DNA from: a bacterium
GTDB lineage: Bacteria; Desulfobacterota; DSWW01
Length of the DNA stretch: 64,000 bases
Direction: 5' to 3'
Assembly: GCA_040756235.1 (NCBI GenBank)
Contig: JBFLZG010000001.1
Span: 1 to 64,000 of the forward strand
Shown: in pieces, positions 52,789 through 64,000 of the stretch
How positions within the stretch are numbered: position 1 is the stretch's first letter
Layout of the letters: the number at the start of each line of letters is the position of its first letter
Translations under genes and position numbers: made by a program
The notes under the pieces: model-generated
Told to the model about the DNA's origin: nothing
The model's database searches: none
What the model saw: only the letters and a program-made list of their open reading frames with translations

Positions 52789-55700
52789 TCAGCTCCGCAC
52801 CCGGGCCGGCGTGGTCTTGTGCCGCCCCTTGTAGATGAAGCCGCCGTGGCCGTCGATGGCCAGCCAATGTCCGCTCTCGAGCACGTGCTCTCCGATCACG
52901 CTGCGGCTGGCCTTCTCGTTGACCTGGAGCTGCCGGCAGCCGACCACGCAGGTCTTGCCGAGCCGGTAGGCCGTGACCGCCGCATGGGAAGTGCTCCCGC
53001 CGCGGGCGGTCAGGATCCCGTCCACCCGGAGGATCATGTGAATGTCGTCCGGCACGGTGTCGGGCCTCAGCAGGATCAGGGGGATGCCCGGGTGCCGCCG
53101 CCGGAAGGCGCCGATCTCCTCCGCGCGGTGCACCGCGATGCCGCAGAGGGAACCGCCGCCGACTCCGATCCCGGTGCCGAGCAGGCTGGCCTTGAGCTCC
53201 TGGGTCGGCACGAAGCACTGCAGCGTCTCACCCTCCGACGGAGCGATGTCCCGCGACTGGAGGATGTAGAACGATTCGGGCTCCGGCCCCTCGAAGGTGA
53301 ACTCGATCTCCTGGTGGTTGAACCCGCGCTTGTACACCAGGTCCTCGGCGATCTCCTTGAGCCTGCCGTAGATCGCCGGAAACTCCTCTTCCAGGCTGAT
53401 GTCCGCTCGCGGGTTCTCGGTCGCGCGCTGCAGCTCCGAGACGGGGAAGGTCTCCACCAGGCCGGCCACGACGTCCTCGCCCTGGGCGCAGACGGTGTAA
53501 TCCCCGAACAGGCTCACCGCGGATTCCGTCCTCTTGGGGTTGCGGGTGAAGACCACGCCGGTGCCCGACTCGCTGTCGAGGTTGCCGAAGACCATCTGCT
53601 GCACCACGACCGCGGTGCCCCACTCTTCGGCGATCTTCATCGTCTGTCTGTAGAGACGGGCGTTGTCCGAGTTCCAGGAGCCCACGACCTGGCTGATCGC
53701 GATCTGCAGCTGCTCCCATGGATCCGACGGCAGCTCGACGCCCGTTCTTTCCAGGAGCTTTCTGTAGGCGTGGGCGAGCTCTCGCATCTGTTCCGGAGCG
53801 AGCTCCCGCTTGTAGCGGGCGCTGTAAATGCGCTTCATCTCGAGGATGATCTCGTCGAAGCGGTCGCGCGGGATCCCGAACGACATTCCCCAGCACTGGA
53901 GGAACCTGCGGTAGTCGTCCCAGGCGGCCCACTCGAAGCGCGGCCTGCGGGCCAGGCTTTCCGTGATGGTCTCATTGATGCCGATGTTGAGAAAGGTATT
54001 CATCACGCCCGGCATGGAGATCGTGGCGCCGCTGCGCACCGAAAGGAGCAGGGGCCTGCGGGAATCGCCCAACCCCTGGCCGCACTTGTGCTCCAGGGCC
54101 CTGACCTGATCCCTCAGCCGGCGCAGGAAATCCTGTTCCGCGGCCCGGTAGGCCGTGAGCGCGCTGGCGCAGCGGAAGAACTCGGTCGTGATGATGAACC
54201 CCGGCGGCACCGGGTAATCGAAAGAACGGAGCTGGCCGAGGACGTACCCCTTGTTGCCCAGGTAAATCTGGGTGTCGAGCCGGGAGTCGACCGGCCGGAA
54301 GGTGGAAAAGCACTTCTCCGGGTCGTAGCTCAGGAGCAGGGTGCGGCTCCCCCGGTCCAGGCTTTGACTCTCCTTGGCCAGGCTGGCCAGCACCCGCCCG
54401 ATCAAGTTGTCCAGGCTCTGGATGGCGAAGCTGGTCGCCAGGCGGTCCCGGATGAACCACTCGCAGGCCTGGTCGAGCAGCTCGGCCGCGGAGGAGTCCC
54501 GCGCGGGGGTGAAGGGCAGGGCACGTTTCTGCTCGACGATCTGCCCGATCACGACCCTCAGGTTGCTTTCGTGGATGGCGATGTACTGGGCCTGCGTGAT
54601 CTCCTTCACGGTCCTGGCGATGAACTGGAAGATGTTCAGGTACTGATCGACGGTGAAGTCCCGGGACTGCAGGGCGTGCTGGAACAGGTCGAGGTTGGAG
54701 ATCAGGGTCTCCACGAAAATGCCGTCCAGCCGCAGGGCCTCTGCGAACAGCGTGAGCACGTGGTGGACCCGCTGGAGCGTGCTTTGCGTCACGTAGTCCA
54801 GGTTCAGATCCGCGGCCATCTCCTCGAACAGCACCTTGGCCAGGCTCTCCAGCCGGAAGGTCAAACCCAGGCTGTCGAAGCGCTTCTCCTTGTAGCGGCC
54901 GTACAGGGACGGGATGCCGACGGCGATGTGGCGCTTGCGGTAGATCTCCTCCAGCGCCGCGGTGGGCTCTTTGGAGAGGATGTTGTCCCGCAGCACGGAG
55001 AGAAGGTAGAGGATGAGATCCACGGCCCGCTCGTGATTGGCCTGCTCGAGCGCCTCGGCCAGGCTGTTGAGCGGCTTGGAAGCGAAGAAGTTGGACTCCG
55101 CCAGGTCCTTGAGGACGTCGTGATGATTGATCGTGTACTTCTTGGCCAGCAGCCGGTAGAGCTGAAGCAGGTCCTCGGCCTTCCTGAGCGTCAGCGCGGA
55201 AGCGCCCGGGACCTCCCGCAGCGCCTCGCAGAGGGACTTGGAGGATCGCGCCAGGAGATCGACCGGCGTGAACCGGCCGTCGTCCAGGAGCGCACGGAAG
55301 ATCGGCTCCATTTCCTGCTGAAACGGGTCGCCCGCCTCGATCTGGTCGTAGATCTCCTGCGGCAGGAAGCCGCGCAGGCGCTCTTTCTCTCCGGTCATCC
55401 AGTAATGGAGGATGCTCTCCACGAAGCGCACGATCTGATTGTGGCTCTCCACGTGGCACTGCTTGCGCAGAAAATGGATGAGCCGGTCCTGCCGGCCGCT
55501 CAGCTCGTCGACCTCGGTCGAGACCTCGCGCAGCTCGCCTTCGGCGCCGATCTCGTGGAAGTAAACCGGAAAGAGGCGTGCGAGCTGCTTGATCAGGCTG
55601 TAACAGGACTCGAAGTCCGCGGCGAGGAGCTGCGAGATGTCCTTCTGAAACAGATCGGTGTCGCTGATGAACAGGCCGCCGAGCCTCAAGTTGACGATCA

Positions 55701-57051
55701 GGGCGGAGATGAGCTTGCGGCTCCGGGAAGGTCTCATGCGGATCAGGGAGAGCCAGACGCGCAGGTTCTTGAGGTGCAAGGGGTTCGCCACGACCTGCCA
55801 GTCCCGATTGACGCCCTTCACGTCCGGGTGCTCGAACCCCAGCAGGATGAGCTCGTCGATGAGGGTCTCGATGAGCCGCGGGTTGCCGCTCTGATAGACT
55901 TCCCGGCCGATGGTCTGGACCGCGTCGAGGACCGCGCTCCCGTAGCGGTCCGCCTTTTGCCGCAGCACCCGGAAGATGCGGCCGAGAAAATCGACCCACG
56001 CCGACTCTTCCTGGCCGCGCAGCTGCTCGAGGCTCCGGCCGACCTCCCAGAGGACGGATTCGTGCTGATCCTCCAGGGCCGGGATGTCCAGGAGCTTGAG
56101 CAGGTAATGGATCTTGGGGACGGCGCTCCCGGGGTCCGAGCGATTCCCGATCCGATGCGCCAGCCCGGTGCAGGCCTGTTCGAGATCCGAGAAATCGGGA
56201 AGGGCGAGCATCCGGGTGAGTGCGCTGTCGCCGTCACCGCGTCCGGCCTCCCATGCGGGCAGGGCGTTCAGGGCCCTGAGGTGCTCCTCGATGCGCTCGT
56301 GAGAGACGGTCCGGAACAGGGGCCCGTAGTCCTTTCCCTCGAACAGGCTCTTGCGTTGCTTGAGATACCATTGCTCCAGATCGTCCTGGGAGAGCCAGAT
56401 CTCGTAGTTCCTGCTCAGCGCATACCGATAGAGCCGGGCCAGCGGCCCCAGCGGAGCATCCGCTGAAAGGGACGCCTTGCGGATCGTCTTCTTGAACCAG
56501 GAGGTGCTGCGGGCGGCGAACAGCGGCTCCTGCTCCAGCCATTGCTCGAGCCTGGCGGCGGCCTGTTCGAGGACGGGACGGTTGCGGGCCGCGGCCGCGC
56601 CGCTCTCCAGCAGGAGGAGCTCCAGAAAATCGAGCAGGGTCGCGAAGGCCCGCATCCGCCTGGCCTTGTTCTGGCACTTCTCCAGGCACTCGAAGAACAG
56701 GTCCGCGAGGATGGCAAGGGCCTCGGCCCCCCTGTCGTGGCAGTTGTAATAGTAAAAGTCCCCCAGCGCCCGCCCCCGGAGGGTCTCCACCAGCTCGTCC
56801 CAGTTGGCGAAAGGATGGTTCACCTCCTGGAGCAGGGCCTCGGTCTGCCTGCGGATGCCGACCTTGGCCGCGACGATCTCCAGGAGCAGGTTCTGGCGTT
56901 CGGGGATGCGGACGGGCAACGCGGTCCGCTGCAGGTTGATGCGCAGGGCTCCGGAAGGGATCGGAGGGGACGACACCGGGGTCTGTTGGCCGGCGAACCC
57001 GCCGGTCGCGTCGGTTCGAGGGGTGCTTCCGGGAGGAGAGGGCTCTGTCAT
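52789..57051 (-). CDS. Large pyruvate-phosphate-dikinase-like protein (1420 aa)
   Basis: LGNKG, PVPPGFIITT, PLLLSVRSGA.ISMPG.M.TFLNIG, QQMVFGN...SGTGV.FTRNP, AQGEDVVAG and the phospho-His motif GGSTSHAAV near the C-terminus. Confidence 0.82.
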   Translation of the reverse strand: MTEPSPPGSTPRTDATGGFAGQQTPVSSPPIPSGALRINLQRTALPVRIPERQNLLLEIVAAKVGIRRQTEALLQEVNHPFANWDELVETLRGRALGDFYYYNCHDRGAEALAILADLFFECLEKCQNKARRMRAFATLLDFLELLLLESGAAAARNRPVLEQAAARLEQWLEQEPLFAARSTSWFKKTIRKASLSADAPLGPLARLYRYALSRNYEIWLSQDDLEQWYLKQRKSLFEGKDYGPLFRTVSHERIEEHLRALNALPAWEAGRGDGDSALTRMLALPDFSDLEQACTGLAHRIGNRSDPGSAVPKIHYLLKLLDIPALEDQHESVLWEVGRSLEQLRGQEESAWVDFLGRIFRVLRQKADRYGSAVLDAVQTIGREVYQSGNPRLIETLIDELILLGFEHPDVKGVNRDWQVVANPLHLKNLRVWLSLIRMRPSRSRKLISALIVNLRLGGLFISDTDLFQKDISQLLAADFESCYSLIKQLARLFPVYFHEIGAEGELREVSTEVDELSGRQDRLIHFLRKQCHVESHNQIVRFVESILHYWMTGEKERLRGFLPQEIYDQIEAGDPFQQEMEPIFRALLDDGRFTPVDLLARSSKSLCEALREVPGASALTLRKAEDLLQLYRLLAKKYTINHHDVLKDLAESNFFASKPLNSLAEALEQANHERAVDLILYLLSVLRDNILSKEPTAALEEIYRKRHIAVGIPSLYGRYKEKRFDSLGLTFRLESLAKVLFEEMAADLNLDYVTQSTLQRVHHVLTLFAEALRLDGIFVETLISNLDLFQHALQSRDFTVDQYLNIFQFIARTVKEITQAQYIAIHESNLRVVIGQIVEQKRALPFTPARDSSAAELLDQACEWFIRDRLATSFAIQSLDNLIGRVLASLAKESQSLDRGSRTLLLSYDPEKCFSTFRPVDSRLDTQIYLGNKGYVLGQLRSFDYPVPPGFIITTEFFRCASALTAYRAAEQDFLRRLRDQVRALEHKCGQGLGDSRRPLLLSVRSGATISMPGVMNTFLNIGINETITESLARRPRFEWAAWDDYRRFLQCWGMSFGIPRDRFDEIILEMKRIYSARYKRELAPEQMRELAHAYRKLLERTGVELPSDPWEQLQIAISQVVGSWNSDNARLYRQTMKIAEEWGTAVVVQQMVFGNLDSESGTGVVFTRNPKRTESAVSLFGDYTVCAQGEDVVAGLVETFPVSELQRATENPRADISLEEEFPAIYGRLKEIAEDLVYKRGFNHQEIEFTFEGPEPESFYILQSRDIAPSEGETLQCFVPTQELKASLLGTGIGVGGGSLCGIAVHRAEEIGAFRRRHPGIPLILLRPDTVPDDIHMILRVDGILTARGGSTSHAAVTAYRLGKTCVVGCRQLQVNEKASRSVIGEHVLESGHWLAIDGHGGFIYKGRHKTTPARVRS

Positions 57052-57356
57052 ATCTTACGCCCCGGGTTAGAGGACCAGCATCGAAGAAAGACGCAACAAT
57101 TGAGCCGGACCGCAACGTTACCGGGCAGGCGCAATCCTGCGTTCTCGTCGTCGGTATGTCGATGAGGCTATCTCTCCCCCACATGCAGTATAAAAGAGGC
57201 CATGTTCCGGGTCAACTTCACCGGCCTTCAGGTGTCGGTCCCCTTCGCGCCCGTATTGCGAAACCCGGCAGCTTGAACCAGAATGAACGATGCCGCCATG
57301 CTCGGGCGCGTTTCGTTGTCCCGGCCGCCGGGACGGCCGCGAGCCGATGCCTTTTT

Positions 57357-57501
57357 GGTCATCCCGGCCCAGCTGCGGAGCGCGCGGGAGCCGGGATCCA
57401 GGAGTCTGCCGCGGGGACTGGGTGTAATCACGCGGGTCAGAGACTGGACCCCGGTCTTCACCGGGGTGACGGAAAAGCCGGATTCCGGCTTTCGCCGGAA
57501 T
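57357..57501. repeat. Cluster of CGTC/GTCA-type palindromic REPs
   Basis: GGTCATCCCGGC...GCCGGGATCCAG, CTGGACCCCGGTCTTCACCGGGGTGACG, ATTCCGGCTTTCGCCGGAAT. Confidence 0.65.
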
Positions 57502-57538
57502 TTGGATCAACGCCGACGAAGAGCGGGAAATCACCTGG

Positions 57539-62168
<4,630 letters not shown>

Positions 62169-62176
<8 letters not shown>

Positions 62177-63602
62177 GCCGACCGATTTCATGACCTACGG
62201 CCGGAAGGACCCTTCCAAGCGGCCGGTGGAGGAACGGATCCGGGACTTCCGGGAGTTCCACAACCCTCTCCTGCAGCATGAGCTGGAGATGCAGGCCGCG
62301 CGCTGCATGGATTGCGGCATTCCGTTCTGCCACATGTACGGCTGCCCGGTGAAGAACCTCATCCCGGACTGGAACGAGCCGGTCTCCCGCAGGCAGATGA
62401 GGCGCGCCCTGGACCTGCTGCACGCCACCAACAACCTGCCGGAGGTGACCGGCCGGATCTGCCCGGCGCCGTGCGAGCCCGCCTGCACGCTGGCCATCAA
62501 CCAGCCGGCGGTCACCATCAAGCAGATCGAGCTGCAGATCGTGGAGCACGGCTGGGAGCAGGGTTGGATAGCGCCGGAGCCGGCCCCGTTCCGTACCGGA
62601 AAGAAGGCGGCCATCGTGGGCTCCGGGCCGGCCGGGCTGGCCGCGGCCCAGCAACTGGCGCGCAGGGGCCACGACGTGGTGGTCTTCGAGAAGGCCGACC
62701 GCGTGGGCGGGCTCCTGCGCTACGGCATCCCGGATTTCAAGATGGAGAAATGGGTGATCGACCGCAGGCTCGAGCAGATGCGGGCCGAGGGGGTGGTGTT
62801 CGAAACCGGGGTCGAGGCCGGGGTGGACGTCTCGGTGCGATACATGCGCCGGTCCTTCGACGCGATCCTGATCACCGCCGGCGCGGGTGTGCCCCGGGAC
62901 CTCGCGGTGCCGGGGCGGGGGCTGGCCGGCATTCATCAGGCGATGGACTTTCTGACCCAGCAGAACCGCCGCAACCAGGGCTGGCTGGTCCGCCCGGAAA
63001 ACGTGATCACGGCCCGGGGCAAGAAAGTCGTCGTCCTCGGTGGAGGGGACACCGGCTCGGACTGCATCGGCACGGCGCGGCGGCAGGGCGCCCGGGACAT
63101 CGTGCAGATCGAGATCCTGCCGCAGCCGCCCCCGGAGAGGGCGCCGGACAATCCGTGGCCCACCTGGCCGCGCGTGCTCATGACGTCCTCCTCGCACGAG
63201 GAGGGCTGCACCCGGATGTGGAGCGTAGCCACCAAAGCCTTCGAAAGCGAGGGAGACGGCCGCGCGGTCAAGAGGCTGCGTTGCGTGAAGCTCGACTGGT
63301 CCGCCCCGGACGACCAGGGGATCCGCCGCTTCCAGGAGGCCCCGGGCTCGGAGCTCTGCGTCGAGGCCGACCTCGTGCTGCTGGCGCTGGGCTTCCTGAG
63401 CGTCGAGCACGGGCCGCTGGTCCGTGACCTCGACCTGAGCCGGGACGAGAGAGACAACATCCGGATCGACGGCAACTTCAGGACGAGCGCACCGGGCGTG
63501 TTCGCCGCCGGGGACGCCGTCACCGGCGCCTCCCTCGTGGTCCGGGCCATCGACCAGGGCCGCCTCGCCGCCGGTGCGGTGGACCGCTACCTGTTCCGCT
63601 GA
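62169..63602 (+). CDS. gltD: Glutamate synthase small subunit
   Basis: QAARCMDCGIPFC, GRICPAPCE, GSGPAG, GGLLRYGIPDFK, GGGDTGSDC. Confidence 0.96.
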
Positions 63603-63636
63603 TTTCGCAAGCGCCTCGGGCTCTCGAACGCTTTCC

Positions 63637-63665
63637 TTGACAAGCGCAACGGCCCGCAGAAGAAT
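63637..63665 (+). promoter_or_regulatory. Possible sigma70 promoter
   Basis: TTGACA-N17-AAGAAT upstream of ATG 63730. Confidence 0.5.
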
Positions 63666-63729
63666 GCGCGTCCGAGAGCTTCGATTCCCCGGCAGAATGC
63701 GAGCTTACCGGAAAGGAGTCCGCCCCGAA

Positions 63730-64000
63730 ATGAACGAGCTCACCTGGTCCAAGGGGGAGAAGGCGGCCGCGCGCTGGGCTTTCGACAAGGCGTATCGAAA
63801 CGAGTGCGCGGCGTTCATGAAAGAGGTGAAGGCGATGGCGCGCGAGCTGCGCGAGCCGGAAGACCTCTGGAAGTTGCAGGACTCCCTGGGGGGCCGGTTG
63901 AAGGAGATTTCCGAGAAGTACGACTACAGGTACTCCGTTCTCATCTTCGTGTTTGCGAGGCTCCTGCGCGAGGGGTGGCTGGCGGAAGGCGACCTGGACG
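63730..64000 (+). CDS. Fluorescence recovery protein (FRP)-like protein, cut by the window end
   Basis: MNELTWSKGEKAAARWAFDKAY..E...EDLWKLQD.L......I.EKYDYRYSVLIFVFARLLREGWL...DL; AAGGAG RBS; not in the ORF track. Confidence 0.75.
   Translation, partial: MNELTWSKGEKAAARWAFDKAYRNECAAFMKEVKAMARELREPEDLWKLQDSLGGRLKEISEKYDYRYSVLIFVFARLLREGWLAEGDLD

Overview
High-GC bacterial window, probably an anaerobic Desulfobacterota-like organism (inferred from gene content). About 50 kb is an anaerobic alkane-activation (fumarate-addition, ass/mas) island. It holds two paralogous sigma54-driven operons with the order B12 mutase small/large subunits, PrpD-family protein, assD activase, assB, assC, assA, masE, a small Cys-rich gene, [assE], acyl-CoA ligase. 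It also holds a third stand-alone assA, DUF1329/DUF1302 envelope proteins, a thiolase-like plus DUF35-SCP2 pair, two AAA+ and two vWA proteins, two carboxyltransferases and two PAS-PAS sigma54 activators. The second operon (38.8-49.9 kb) has a truncated activase and looks compositionally different. Main finding: both operons carry, right after masE, a 112-codon MasE-paralogous gene that the ORF track splits. Each has an in-frame TGA at codon 25 (C-R-N-C-U) followed by an invariant stem-loop, which points to a selenoprotein associated with alkylsuccinate synthase. Three consensus sigma54 promoters share a triple 18-bp enhancer-like motif with conserved spacing. Several REP/MITE families fill the intergenic regions. 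The last 14 kb is housekeeping-like: acyltransferase, GAPDH, a giant PPDK-like protein, gltBD and a partial FRP-like gene. No CRISPR array, rRNA, tRNA or transposase was recognised.
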